A stretch of 64,000 bases of DNA from an uncultured Candidatus Saccharibacteria bacterium (GCA_964532205.1 CAZHGQ010000005.1:1520-65519); one strand, 5' to 3'. Numbered from the stretch's first letter, positions 47,156 through 58,819 are shown. The notes: a model not told the origin generated them from the letters alone. A program made the numbers and translations.

Positions 47156-47697
47156 GGAACAAACGCTTACAACACGGCTTCAGTTTGGTAGAGATTATGG
47201 TCTCAGTTGGTATTTTTGCCTTTGTGGTTACAGCTGGTTTGGGCGCGGTTTTGGGCATTGTTGATGCCAATCAGAAAGCTCAGTCATTAAATTCTGTCAT
47301 GTCGAACCTCAACACGGCCTTGGAAGACATGGCCCGCAATATTCGTACGGGTTCGAATTATACGGCGACCGGTGCCGCGTGCGGCAGTGGGGCCACGGGC
47401 ATTCAGTTCACGCCGCAAAGCGGCACCGGTAGTGTCATCTACCAACTCAACAGCACAACGCATCGTTTAGAGGTGAATACGTCTGCTGATCCGGTCGGTA
47501 TTTTTACACCCATCACCGCCCCTGAGGTTTCTATTGACTCACTGTGTTTTTATTTTTATGGCAATGGTCAACCAAAGGCGGTGTTAACCATGAAGGGTCA
47601 TGTGCAGGCTCGAACTACTTCAGCTACGACGTTTTATTTGCAGACCACAATGTCCCAGCGCTTATTACCATCAGAAGAACCAGCTAAAGAATTTTAA
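47152..47697 (+). CDS. Minor pilin (PilW-like)
   Basis: HG|FSLVEIMV. Confidence 0.88.
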   Translation: MRNKRLQHGFSLVEIMVSVGIFAFVVTAGLGAVLGIVDANQKAQSLNSVMSNLNTALEDMARNIRTGSNYTATGAACGSGATGIQFTPQSGTGSVIYQLNSTTHRLEVNTSADPVGIFTPITAPEVSIDSLCFYFYGNGQPKAVLTMKGHVQARTTSATTFYLQTTMSQRLLPSEEPAKEF

Positions 47698-48227
47698 TGA
47701 AATACTTACGTACAAAAGGTTTTACGCTTGTTGAGACGCTGGTTGCGATTCTGATTTTGTCGATTGCTATTGCGGCTGCTATGACGGCAGTTCAAGTTGG
47801 TTTGCAGTCTTCGTACTTTGCTCGAGACCAGATCGTGGCCTTCTATTTAGGTGAAGAGGCAATAGAGAATGTGCGTAATATCCGCGATCAGAATTGGAAT
47901 AGTAATCAGCCAGATTGGCTGAATGGTATGGATATTTGTATGGGCACGGGTGTGACATGTAAAATTGACGCTTCAAAAGCGGTGGCTACACTTGAAACGT
48001 GTAGCGGTACAACATGCCGATTAAGTTTTAATAAAGATACACAGCTGTATTCGCACGAGACAGTTGGTGGTAATATTGTCGCCTCAAAATTTACCCGCAC
48101 AATCCATATCGATCAGGTAACAGACGATAATATTTTAGTCACAGTCGTCGTGAGCTGGAATTCAGGCACATTTACCAATCGCTCACTGACATTTAAAGAG
48201 GAATTGTATAATTGGAATGGAAATTAA
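47697..48227 (+). CDS. Minor pilin (PilV-like)
   Basis: KG|FTLVETLVA; VTVVVSW. Confidence 0.88.
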   Translation: MKYLRTKGFTLVETLVAILILSIAIAAAMTAVQVGLQSSYFARDQIVAFYLGEEAIENVRNIRDQNWNSNQPDWLNGMDICMGTGVTCKIDASKAVATLETCSGTTCRLSFNKDTQLYSHETVGGNIVASKFTRTIHIDQVTDDNILVTVVVSWNSGTFTNRSLTFKEELYNWNGN

Positions 48228-48228
48228 T

Positions 48229-49572
48229 ATGAAAACACAACGCGGATTCACACTTTTGTTTGCTGTCGTGGCCACCAGTTTGCTGATGGGGGTTACGCTT
48301 GGCATTCTCAATTTAACAACTAAGCAGCTCATTCTTTCGTCGGTTGGCCGTGACTCACAATTGGCTTTTTACGCTGCAGATAGCGGTGCCGAATGTGCCC
48401 GCTACTGGGATTTGCGTAGCAATGCCTTCACACCGGATGCTACCACAACGATTCATTGCAATGGTCAGGACTTTATTGTCGGCGGTTCAGCGACCACACA
48501 ATTTACTTACAAACTCAGTCCATCCGATGCACAGTCAGCAGAGGTGACTGTGGTCGCTACTCGAAATGGTGCGACGGGTGTAACCACAATTCGTTCATAT
48601 GGTCACAATGTGCCCGTCAGTACAAATAATCCACGTATTGTTGAACGAGCGGTAAAAATTGATTATACCCGTTCACCAGACCCATCAAAGAGTTTGTCGT
48701 GTGCACCAGCCAATCAGACAGTTCAAAGAGGAGGTGTGGCCAATTTCACAGCTAATCTGATTCCTAATGACAGTAGTGCGCAGTATGCCTGGACAGTCAG
48801 TGGTGGTTTGCCGGGTGGCGGACCAAGCAAAAACTTCAGTGCGCAATTTTCTTCAAACGGTACATATACAGTGACTGTCGCTACGGGTTCTCTGACTGCT
48901 CAATGTACAGTCAATGTAACCGATGATGGTGGTGGAGGTGGTGATCCGGGTGACAACTGTACACCAAATTCTGATTTCGTGTTAGCACTCGACGGTTCGG
49001 GTAGTATCATGGGTTGGGGTGGTGTGCCACGATATTGGGAAACGGTTAAACAAAACGGTGTGAGTTTGATCGATGGTATCGGTAAGGTTGGATCTATGCG
49101 GTTTGGTGCTGAATGGTTCAATAGTGAAACTCATGAGTTGTGGTACGTAACATCAGATTTGAATCAAGTCAAAGCCCGAATTACGAATAACGCCAATCCA
49201 CCAGCCAACAGTGCCACAAACATTGGTTTGGCTGTTGATCATGCGGTTAGTTTATTGCAGGCAGCTAGTGGCTCACACCCAAAGGCAATCATTGCTATCA
49301 CGGACGGCGTGCCTCACATTGAAGGTATGACTGAGGCTCAGGCTAAAGCCGACTCAATTGCCAAAGCGCAAACAGCTAAAAATGCTGGTATTAAAGTTTT
49401 TACTATTGGTCTGCTCAAACAGGGTGATTCGGGATATGACAGCGCCAAGGAATTCCTCCAGTCTGTTTCATCGGGTACTGGTTACTTCTACAACACCAAC
49501 GATTACAATCCAAATGACCCAGCTGACGGCCTCAATAAAGTTGTCGCCGCACTCAGTTGTCCAACGAACTAA
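48229..49572 (+). CDS. PilX-like minor pilin with PKD-like and VWA domains
   Basis: RG|FTLLFAV (no E5), AFYAADSGAEC; LALDGSGSI MIDAS, TNIGLA, ITDG, VFTIG. Confidence 0.85.
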   Translation: MKTQRGFTLLFAVVATSLLMGVTLGILNLTTKQLILSSVGRDSQLAFYAADSGAECARYWDLRSNAFTPDATTTIHCNGQDFIVGGSATTQFTYKLSPSDAQSAEVTVVATRNGATGVTTIRSYGHNVPVSTNNPRIVERAVKIDYTRSPDPSKSLSCAPANQTVQRGGVANFTANLIPNDSSAQYAWTVSGGLPGGGPSKNFSAQFSSNGTYTVTVATGSLTAQCTVNVTDDGGGGGDPGDNCTPNSDFVLALDGSGSIMGWGGVPRYWETVKQNGVSLIDGIGKVGSMRFGAEWFNSETHELWYVTSDLNQVKARITNNANPPANSATNIGLAVDHAVSLLQAASGSHPKAIIAITDGVPHIEGMTEAQAKADSIAKAQTAKNAGIKVFTIGLLKQGDSGYDSAKEFLQSVSSGTGYFYNTNDYNPNDPADGLNKVVAALSCPTN

Positions 49573-49582
49573 ATCGGTGTAA

Positions 49583-51589
<2,007 letters not shown>

Positions 51590-51607
51590 TTAGGCTATAG
51601 TAACACT

Positions 51608-51889
51608 ATGATTACACAGGAAGACATAAAGAAATTGGCGGCTTTGGCCCGCATAAAACTCTCCGATGAGGAGGTGGTTGGTCTACAGAAAGATATGCAA
51701 AATATCTTGGGTTTTGTGACACAAATTCAACAAGCTTCTGGTTCACTGAAAGAGGGAGACAAAGAACGAGTACGCAATGTGTGGCGTGATGATATTAATC
51801 CACACGAAACAGGAGTGAATACTGAAACACTATTAGCTGAAGCCCCAGACCGTAAGGCTGATTGTGTGCGCGTAAAGAATATTTTATGA
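51608..51889 (+). CDS. gatC: Asp/Glu-tRNA amidotransferase subunit C
   Basis: IKKLAALARI; upstream of gatA. Confidence 0.92.
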   Translation: MITQEDIKKLAALARIKLSDEEVVGLQKDMQNILGFVTQIQQASGSLKEGDKERVRNVWRDDINPHETGVNTETLLAEAPDRKADCVRVKNIL

Positions 51890-53304
51890 TTGATGTAACG
51901 ACCTTAACAATTGAAACAGCTTCAAAGGCTCTGGCTGCCGGTGAATTTACAGCAGTTGAATTGGCCGAAACCTATTTGAAGGTTATCAAAGAAAAAAATA
52001 CTGAGCTTAATGCCTATCTAGAAGTCTATGATGATGTGATTGAACAAGCTAAGGTGGCAGATGCGCGTATCAAAGCCGGTCAGGCGACAGCTCTCACCGG
52101 TATCCCTTTTTCAATTAAAGATAATATTTTAATTAAAGGCAAAATTGCTTCATCGGCCTCAAAGATGCTCGAGAACTATCGTGCTACATATGACGCAACA
52201 GTGATTGTTAAGTTGAAGGAAGCGGGTGCAATTTTCTTAGGTCGCACCAACATGGATGAATTTGCCATGGGCGGTTCTACTGAAAACTCGGCGTTTGGTG
52301 TGGTCAAGAATCCACATGATGTGGGCCGGGTAGCTGGCGGATCGAGCGGTGGTGCAGCTTCAGCGCTGGCAGCAGATATGTGTTTGGCATCACTTGGCTC
52401 GGATACTGGTGGCTCGATCCGCCAGCCAGCTAGCCTCTGTGGCGTCGTCGGTTTGAAACCAACATACGGCGCCGTGTCTCGTTCGGGCGTCATGGCTATG
52501 GCCTCATCGCTCGACCAGATTGGTCCATTGGCTAAAACAGTGGATGATGCCGCGCTCATTTTTAATACCATTAAAGGTAAAGATATTTTGGATGCCACAA
52601 GCACGGACGTTCCACTTCAAACAGAAGACAAGAAATTAAAAATCGGTGTGCCATACGAACTCATGAAAGAGGGCGTTGATGAAGATGTCCGCAAAAACTT
52701 TGATGAAATGGTAGAGGGTTTGAAAAAGCAAGGTTATGAAATTGTTGATATCAAATTACCAAACGCTAAATATTCATTAGCAGCCTACTATGTCATTATG
52801 CCGGCTGAAGTTTCATCAAACTTGGCCCGTTTTGATGGTGTAAAGTACGGTTTTCACAAAGATGGTGAAAATTTATTGGGTGATTATTTGGAAACTCGCC
52901 ACGCTGGTTTTGGTAAAGAAGCTCGCCGACGAATTATGTTAGGCACATATGTCCTCTCCACAGGATACTATGATGCGTATTATAATAAAGCTAATACCGT
53001 CCGACGATTAATTGCTCAGGATTACGAACAGGCTTTCGAAACTGTCGATGCAATCCTCACGCCAACCTCACCAGTACCCGCATTTAAAATTGGTGAACGT
53101 TCAGAGGATCCGATTGCTATGTACTTGGCCGACATTTTCACTGTTTCTGCCAACCTGACAAGCTTGCCAGCCTTGTCTGTACCGTCCGGCTTTGCCGAGC
53201 GGGCAGGTAAGTCACTGCCGCTTGGTCTGCAATTCACCGCGCCGTATGGTAGAGAAGATCGATTGTTCAAGCTCGGCAAAGCCGTCGAATCAATTCGCTC
53301 TTAA
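51886..53304 (+). CDS. gatA: Asp/Glu-tRNA amidotransferase subunit A
   Basis: IKDN, MDEFAMG, GGSSGG, GSDTGGSIRQPA. Confidence 0.97.
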   Translation: MIDVTTLTIETASKALAAGEFTAVELAETYLKVIKEKNTELNAYLEVYDDVIEQAKVADARIKAGQATALTGIPFSIKDNILIKGKIASSASKMLENYRATYDATVIVKLKEAGAIFLGRTNMDEFAMGGSTENSAFGVVKNPHDVGRVAGGSSGGAASALAADMCLASLGSDTGGSIRQPASLCGVVGLKPTYGAVSRSGVMAMASSLDQIGPLAKTVDDAALIFNTIKGKDILDATSTDVPLQTEDKKLKIGVPYELMKEGVDEDVRKNFDEMVEGLKKQGYEIVDIKLPNAKYSLAAYYVIMPAEVSSNLARFDGVKYGFHKDGENLLGDYLETRHAGFGKEARRRIMLGTYVLSTGYYDAYYNKANTVRRLIAQDYEQAFETVDAILTPTSPVPAFKIGERSEDPIAMYLADIFTVSANLTSLPALSVPSGFAERAGKSLPLGLQFTAPYGREDRLFKLGKAVESIRS

Positions 53305-53307
53305 ACT

Positions 53308-53976
53308 ATGGCAGAAGAAATCCAAGAACAACCTCCAATAGACTACAACGACAGACTGCGTGCTCGCACGATTGAAATTATCCTTCTCATTTTACTTGTG
53401 CTGTTTTTGGCCAATAATTTTCGACCGTACTTTACTGGTCAGTCGCCAGTCAGCATTCAGCAGGCCATTATGAATTATTTGGTTGCGCATGGCTGGTGGG
53501 AAGCTATCAGAAAGTTCGCAATTTGGTACATTGTCCTGGCCAACATTCTGTCTCTCTTTTTCTTGGCCGGTATTGTTTACTGTGCTGTGCGCGTGCGCCA
53601 AATTGCTGATGAGTGGTATAAACGACTTCATCCAGAAGCTCCGGAACTTGAAGAGAAACCAAAGAATGAAAAATGGGAGCGTGTCGTGGCTCATGCCAGC
53701 TCAGCCAATCCAAGTGACTGGCGCTTGGCGATTCTGGAATCAGATATTATTCTTTCCGACCTACTCGATCATCTCAATTACATTGGTGACACCATTAGTG
53801 AAAAATTAAAGAAAGTAAATCCGGGTGATATGCTGACGCTCAACAACGCCTGGGAAGCTCACAAGATCCGAAATGCCATTGCTCACGAAGGTTCTGACTT
53901 TATGCTTACTCAACGTGAATCACAACGGGTGATTGGTCTCTACGAAACCGTCTTTCGTGAGTTTGACTACATTTAG
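53308..53976 (+). CDS. Hypothetical membrane protein
   Basis: Two TMs; WRLAILESD, AWEAHKIRNAIAH. Confidence 0.75.
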   Translation: MAEEIQEQPPIDYNDRLRARTIEIILLILLVLFLANNFRPYFTGQSPVSIQQAIMNYLVAHGWWEAIRKFAIWYIVLANILSLFFLAGIVYCAVRVRQIADEWYKRLHPEAPELEEKPKNEKWERVVAHASSANPSDWRLAILESDIILSDLLDHLNYIGDTISEKLKKVNPGDMLTLNNAWEAHKIRNAIAHEGSDFMLTQRESQRVIGLYETVFREFDYI

Positions 53977-54021
53977 TTTGCTGGTATAATAACCACCACT
54001 ACTGTCTTATTTCCGCTATAT

Positions 54022-54093
54022 AGCGGGGTGGTGGACCGGTTACCACGTCAGGCTCATAACCTGAAAAAGGAGGTTCAATTCCTCCCCCCGCAA
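54022..54093 (+). tRNA. tRNA-fMet (CAU), initiator-type
   Basis: Unpaired 1:72, GCGGGG/CCCCGC acceptor, TCAGG-CT CAT AA-CCTGA. Confidence 0.85.
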
Positions 54094-54154
54094 CATCGAT
54101 GCAAAGAAAAAGAGCGACTCGTAAACGAGTCGCTCTTTGCGTGCTGGTGTGCTG

Positions 54155-54439
54155 TTAAGCGACACGCAGCATGGCGTACTTGAGGGGCAGGGCACGGTGG
54201 CGCCGGTGTTCGTTGTTCCGGTGCCAGCTGGGCCGCTCGCGCACATCATCGGGGTCCGGGGTGGTGCGCCGCATGCTCACCTTGGCCGGAGCCTGGTGAA
54301 TGGCATTGTCCGCCCGGTCGAAGCGCTGCTTCGGGCCGAGATTGCGCTGGGGGACAGTGATGAATTTGTGTTCAACGTCTACGAAAGGCGTGCAAACACT
54401 ATTTGAGTTTCCGAGATAGCGTCGGGTAAGTCGGGTCAT
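54155..54439 (-). CDS. Small basic hypothetical protein (SD-led orphan)
   Basis: AGGAG 6 nt before ATG; TTGACT-16-TATAAT promoter; hairpin 54109-54138. Confidence 0.62.
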   Translation of the reverse strand: MTRLTRRYLGNSNSVCTPFVDVEHKFITVPQRNLGPKQRFDRADNAIHQAPAKVSMRRTTPDPDDVRERPSWHRNNEHRRHRALPLKYAMLRVA

Positions 54440-54593
54440 GATCATCTCCTAAATTCTTCCTGTGCCACTGGCTCCATGCCAAATGGTCTGCTAGTATTAT
54501 ATCACAATATATGATAAAGTCAAGTATAGAAAAAAGCCTTATATGATATAGTAAAACCCGCTTTTTTCGGATAGAATAGAACGGACCAATTAT

Positions 54594-54666
54594 GTCAGGA
54601 TAGCTCAGTCGGTAGAGCACGGGACTCATAAGCCCGGGGTCGTGGGTTCGATCCCCACTCCTGACA
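54594..54666 (+). tRNA. tRNA-Met (CAU), probably elongator
   Basis: GTCAGGA/TCCTGAC acceptor; loop CT CAT AA. Confidence 0.9.
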
Positions 54667-54779
54667 CATTTTTTTATTGACATCTAAGTAGGGTAGGCGT
54701 AGCATTTAAAAAAGATCGCACATGTAGTACAGGAACTATGTGTGGGCATGATCTAGTTCATTTCTTTTGGGAGAGTAGT

Positions 54780-54980
54780 ATGGGCAGGAATCCATCTACA
54801 CACCGGGCAGGTCAGACAGACGGTCTCGTTTTCGGACAGGCCACCACTGTTGACCAACATCGTAAGGGGCAACACAAAGGAGTGGTTCGTGACCCATGTG
54901 TCACTAAGCAGCAACGGCGGGACCGCAAGTTGGTCCACCAGTTTCTGGTGACTCCTCTGACGTTTCTAACTCATTACTGA
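54780..54980 (+). CDS. Small basic hypothetical protein (SD-led orphan)
   Basis: GGGAG before ATG; TTGACA upstream; hairpin 55006-55030. Confidence 0.45.
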   Translation: MGRNPSTHRAGQTDGLVFGQATTVDQHRKGQHKGVVRDPCVTKQQRRDRKLVHQFLVTPLTFLTHY

Positions 54981-55079
54981 CGCGGAGCGTCGGGTATGCA
55001 CAAATAAGGGTCGCGCTTCGCGCGACCCTTCATCGTCTGTTGCCCGACCCAAAAAAATCTGTTAGAGTACCATCACCAT

Positions 55080-55157
55080 GCGGTCATAGCTCAACTTGGT
55101 TAGAGCACTCGCCTGTCACGCGAGAGGTTGCCGGTTCAAGTCCGGTTGGCCGCGCCA
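55080..55157 (+). tRNA. tRNA-Asp (GUC)
   Basis: CTCGC-CT GTC AC-GCGAG; encoded CCA. Confidence 0.95.
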
Positions 55158-55199
55158 GTTATTCCTTTTCTATATAAAGAGGTTTGAGATAATAGGGAT

Positions 55200-55520
55200 A
55201 TGAAAAAGTATTTTACATATCTAGTGTTCTCATACATCACCGCGTTAATTTTTGAAACCATTGCCAATACCATTGGCGACGGTCAGCTCTTTAAAAGTCC
55301 AAATGCCGTTGTCTTCTTTTTGGTTTGGTATGGTTTGCTCTACACTGTTTTGTATCTTATTTGCCGTGGTCGGCCGCTGTTGGTGCCGGTTATTGTGCTA
55401 GCGATTCTTGGTTCGGTGGCAGAAATTATTGTCTTTAAGCGTTCTAATTTAATTGTTGATCCAATCATATACGCTATCATGGGCTTCTTACCATTTTGGG
55501 CTTTGCGGAAAGTTTCATAA
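55200..55520 (+). CDS. Small membrane protein
   Basis: About 4 hydrophobic segments. Confidence 0.7.
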   Translation: MKKYFTYLVFSYITALIFETIANTIGDGQLFKSPNAVVFFLVWYGLLYTVLYLICRGRPLLVPVIVLAILGSVAEIIVFKRSNLIVDPIIYAIMGFLPFWALRKVS

Positions 55521-55530
55521 TGAAAGAACC

Positions 55531-55728
55531 CTACTCGGGGTAGGGTTCTGTGGTGCTCTCAAAAATTAATTTGCGAGCTTTTTCACGGGCATAGGGTGTA
55601 ACGAAGGTCCGATCAACAATATTCCACAAGCGCTGGCGTTCATCCACTGGCGTGTTGAGGATAAGATTGATGCACGAAGCCTCACTGGCTTCAATTTTTA
55701 CGCGGCCACGAGCTGGTTGATGAGTCAT
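55531..55728 (-). CDS. Small hypothetical protein (SD-led orphan)
   Basis: GGGAGG 7 nt before ATG at 55728. Confidence 0.55.
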   Translation of the reverse strand: MTHQPARGRVKIEASEASCINLILNTPVDERQRLWNIVDRTFVTPYAREKARKLIFESTTEPYPE

Positions 55729-55772
55729 ATACAATCCTCCCGTTAAACTAAGGGAACTATAAGAAATTTTAA

Positions 55773-56372
55773 TTATTTGCGCAAGATGATGGTGAAGTCG
55801 TGCTGGAGGTAGTCGGTGCGGAGGGTGGCGTGGGGCGTAAGCGTTTGGCCAAAAGCTAGCACTTCCTCGGGAGCGTATGTCGCAAATTCAGAGTCATCGA
55901 TGTGGTTGCCACGGCGCAGCATATTAAACGCTATGCCCTTGGTGCACAGTTCAAACATCCGGCGGATCATGTCGAAATAGAAATGTTGGTAGTTTTCAAT
56001 TTTGAAACTCAAAGCACCTGAAGCGACAACGTAGTCAAAGTGCTGGTTAATATCAAAGACGGTAGTTTGTTTAAATGTCAGGTCGGGGAAGTGTTGAGTT
56101 GCCAATTCAATAAATTCCGGAACGATGTCGATGCCTACGTATTGTACGCTTTTACCGTGGCGAGCTAAAAAGGCGTATAAATCGCCAAGGCCGCAGCCGA
56201 CATCGAGGACGGAGGAATTATTTTCAATAAGCGGCTCGATGATGCTAAAGCGGAGTTCCTGATTGTGGCGGTCTGTCCAATGAACGGCGCTGGCACTTTG
56301 GGGGCCATAATACTCTAAGGCTTCTTGATAAAACGCATGTAACCGGTTGTAATCGTGTTCGTTGAGCTGCAT
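55773..56372 (-). CDS. Class I SAM-dependent methyltransferase
   Basis: VLDVGCGLG, YVGIDI, FDYVVASG. Confidence 0.92.
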   Translation of the reverse strand: MQLNEHDYNRLHAFYQEALEYYGPQSASAVHWTDRHNQELRFSIIEPLIENNSSVLDVGCGLGDLYAFLARHGKSVQYVGIDIVPEFIELATQHFPDLTFKQTTVFDINQHFDYVVASGALSFKIENYQHFYFDMIRRMFELCTKGIAFNMLRRGNHIDDSEFATYAPEEVLAFGQTLTPHATLRTDYLQHDFTIILRK

Positions 56373-56411
56373 TGATCAATTATACCTGATATATTAGTAT
56401 GGATTCACGCT

Positions 56412-56484
56412 GCCATTGTAGCTCAGTTGGTAGAGCACTCCATTGGTAATGGGGAGGTCACCGGTTCAATCCCGGTCAATGGCT
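56412..56484 (+). tRNA. tRNA-Thr (GGU)
   Basis: GCCATTG/CAATGGC; loop TT GGT AA. Confidence 0.95.
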
Positions 56485-56535
56485 CATTGATTATTTTTAT
56501 AAATGTGACAGACTTACTTATATAATACAAACTAT

Positions 56536-57435
56536 ATGGAACCAAACACACAACCACAGCCAGTAGAAGCACCAGTCGTTATCCCGCCATTGCCACCAGT
56601 TGGCGAGATTATTAGCCGCACATTCTCTCTCTTTAAGCGAAAGTGGGGCGCACTTTTTCCGTTGCTGGCAATCATGTTCATTGCCTCAGTACTTAATACA
56701 GCATCCGGTTACATTAAGGGCGGAGCTGGTTCAATTTTAGTTGGTATCATTTTTGTAGCCTACCTTGTCATTACGTATTTAACCTCGGTAGCTTTGATTA
56801 TGGCTTACAACGATGAGGAGGTTAAGCCGGTTGTTGATTATTATCAACGTGCCATCGACATCATCATTCCGTACTCGTGGGTTGTCGTCGCTGTGATTTT
56901 GGCTGTAATTGGTGGTATGGTTTTTCTCATCATTCCGGGTTTACTGTTAGCATTCTTTTTGACATACGCTTCATACGCTTTCTTGCTTGAAGGTAAAACA
57001 AAGATTGACGCTTTGGTTACGAGTTTTGAGTATGTAAAGGAAGCGTTCTGGGGTATTCTCTGGCGAGACATTGTCTTTGGTTTATTGGCTTGGTTAATTA
57101 TGTTCGGTGTTGGTATCTTGGCGGCAATTCCGACTGTCTTGCAATCTGGTGGCGTGAATCATTTGGTTAACGCTATTCGAGCAGGGGACACAAGTGGTTT
57201 ATTCTTAGGTCAAATCATTCATCAAATGGGTACCGTCTTTATTGCTACACCCCTCGGTATTGCCTTTGTCTACACTATGTACAACGCTCTCCGCGCTCGC
57301 CGCTCTGTATTTACGACCGAATCATCGACTGCCGCTTCACTCATTAAAATTGCTATCTACATTGGTGCCGCTATTCTCATCGTTGGCTTCATCATCTCCA
57401 TGGTCTACTTGTCTCGCTTTGCGATGACGCGCTAG
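56536..57435 (+). CDS. Multi-pass membrane protein
   Basis: About 6-7 TMs; FLIIPG..ALVTSFEYVK motif. Confidence 0.75.
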   Translation: MEPNTQPQPVEAPVVIPPLPPVGEIISRTFSLFKRKWGALFPLLAIMFIASVLNTASGYIKGGAGSILVGIIFVAYLVITYLTSVALIMAYNDEEVKPVVDYYQRAIDIIIPYSWVVVAVILAVIGGMVFLIIPGLLLAFFLTYASYAFLLEGKTKIDALVTSFEYVKEAFWGILWRDIVFGLLAWLIMFGVGILAAIPTVLQSGGVNHLVNAIRAGDTSGLFLGQIIHQMGTVFIATPLGIAFVYTMYNALRARRSVFTTESSTAASLIKIAIYIGAAILIVGFIISMVYLSRFAMTR

Positions 57436-57451
57436 GCAAAGGCCTAGTTAA

Positions 57452-57524
57452 GCCACCTTAGCTCAGTTGGTAGAGCACAGCTTTCGTAAAGCTGGGGTCC
57501 CGAGTTCGATCCTCGGAGGTGGCT
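57452..57524 (+). tRNA. tRNA-Thr (CGU)
   Basis: GCCACCT/AGGTGGC; CAGCT-TT CGT AA-AGCTG. Confidence 0.95.
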
Positions 57525-57682
57525 CTTGCTTTTTCTGATAGTTATGTTATTTTACAGATAGAGCAGGTGGGGTCACAATTATCAAATCAATGATGCTTTG
57601 ATCTCCTTCCTGAGGTGGCCGTCGTACGTAAAAGTAGACGGTCGCCTTTTTTATTGGTTAGATTTTTTGTTATACTGGCCCC

Positions 57683-58558
57683 ATGAATAAAGAGCAGATC
57701 GAAGCGCGTATCGCGGAAATTGAAGCGGCTATGAATGCGGCTGATTTTTGGTCTGACAAAAATGCGGCTCAGGCTATGATTCGTGAACTGCAGGATTTAA
57801 AAGTGGCACGTGAGGGTGGTGGCAAATATGACAAAGGTGGGGCGGTCATCACAATTTTTTCCGGTGCTGGCGGTGATGATGCTGAAGATTTTTCTTCGAT
57901 TTTGTTTAGCATGTATCGCAAGTATATTGAAAGCCGCGGCTGGTCGTGGGCCATTGTGCATCAGAATGAAAATGATCATGGCGGCTATCGTAACCTAACA
58001 TTTGAAGTTGATGGCAAGGGTGTGTACGGTGATTTAAAGAATGAGTCAGGCGTGCATCGCTTGGTCCGCATTTCACCGTTTAATGCCAAGCAGCTTCGCC
58101 ACACTTCATTTTCTATGGTGGAAGTCATTCCGAAATTTGAAAAGATGGAGGAGATTGAGATTAAACCCGATGACATTGTGGTGGAATTTGCTAAAGCTGG
58201 CGGCCCGGGCGGGCAGAATGTAAATAAGCGTGAGACGGCGGTGCGTATCGTCCATAAGCCGACAAATTTGTCGGTGCATGTAACATCTGAACGTTCGCAG
58301 GCTCAGAATAAAGAAAAAGGCTTGCAAATTTTGAAAGGTAAATTGTTTAAGTTGGCCGAGGAGCAACGCATTGCCAAAGAGAAGGGTATGCAGATTTCGA
58401 AAACCACAGATATTGAATGGGGCAATCAGATTCGCTCGTATGTCTTTCATCCATACAAAATGATTAAGGATCACCGTACTGATGTGGAGGTGCGTGATAT
58501 CGACAAAGTGCTCGATGGTGGTCTCGATGACTTTATCGCCGCCGAAAAAAGTCTCTAA
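57683..58558 (+). CDS. prfB: Peptide chain release factor 2 (short, no frameshift)
   Basis: GAGG, HRLVRISPF (SPF), GGPGGQ, WGNQIRSY. Confidence 0.94.
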   Translation: MNKEQIEARIAEIEAAMNAADFWSDKNAAQAMIRELQDLKVAREGGGKYDKGGAVITIFSGAGGDDAEDFSSILFSMYRKYIESRGWSWAIVHQNENDHGGYRNLTFEVDGKGVYGDLKNESGVHRLVRISPFNAKQLRHTSFSMVEVIPKFEKMEEIEIKPDDIVVEFAKAGGPGGQNVNKRETAVRIVHKPTNLSVHVTSERSQAQNKEKGLQILKGKLFKLAEEQRIAKEKGMQISKTTDIEWGNQIRSYVFHPYKMIKDHRTDVEVRDIDKVLDGGLDDFIAAEKSL

Positions 58559-58627
58559 GTAAAAGAAACCTCTAAGTAAAAATTTCAGAAATTGAGTGTT
58601 CACATAAAAAGCACGAAATCATCAAAA

Positions 58628-58819
58628 GATATCAATTAAGATATTTTTGTATGCATTTAGCTTGATTTAAAGCCTTATTTTGAGGTTTTTGCTCAGCGGG
58701 GGTAGGCTGACAACTTTTCTTGATTTTGCCACTATATCTATTTTGATATTTGCCACTTGTTATTACCTATAAGAAATATATGCAAAAGGATATTTTTATA
58801 TCACTTTTGATATAGTGGC
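58628..58819. repeat. Second array of TATATC-N6-GATAT-type palindromes inside an inverted repeat
   Basis: Copies at 58628 (GATATC left arm), 58733, 58777 (TATATG left arm), 58797; flanks GCCACTATATC/GATATAGTGGC. Confidence 0.75.

Noticed and set aside
54137-54406. 89-aa plus-strand ORF
   Set aside because: Antisense to the ORF that has promoter, SD and terminator support
57608-57619. GAGGTGGC match to the tRNA-Thr 3' end as a possible att site
   Set aside because: Only about 8 nt, very close to the tRNA, and no integrase
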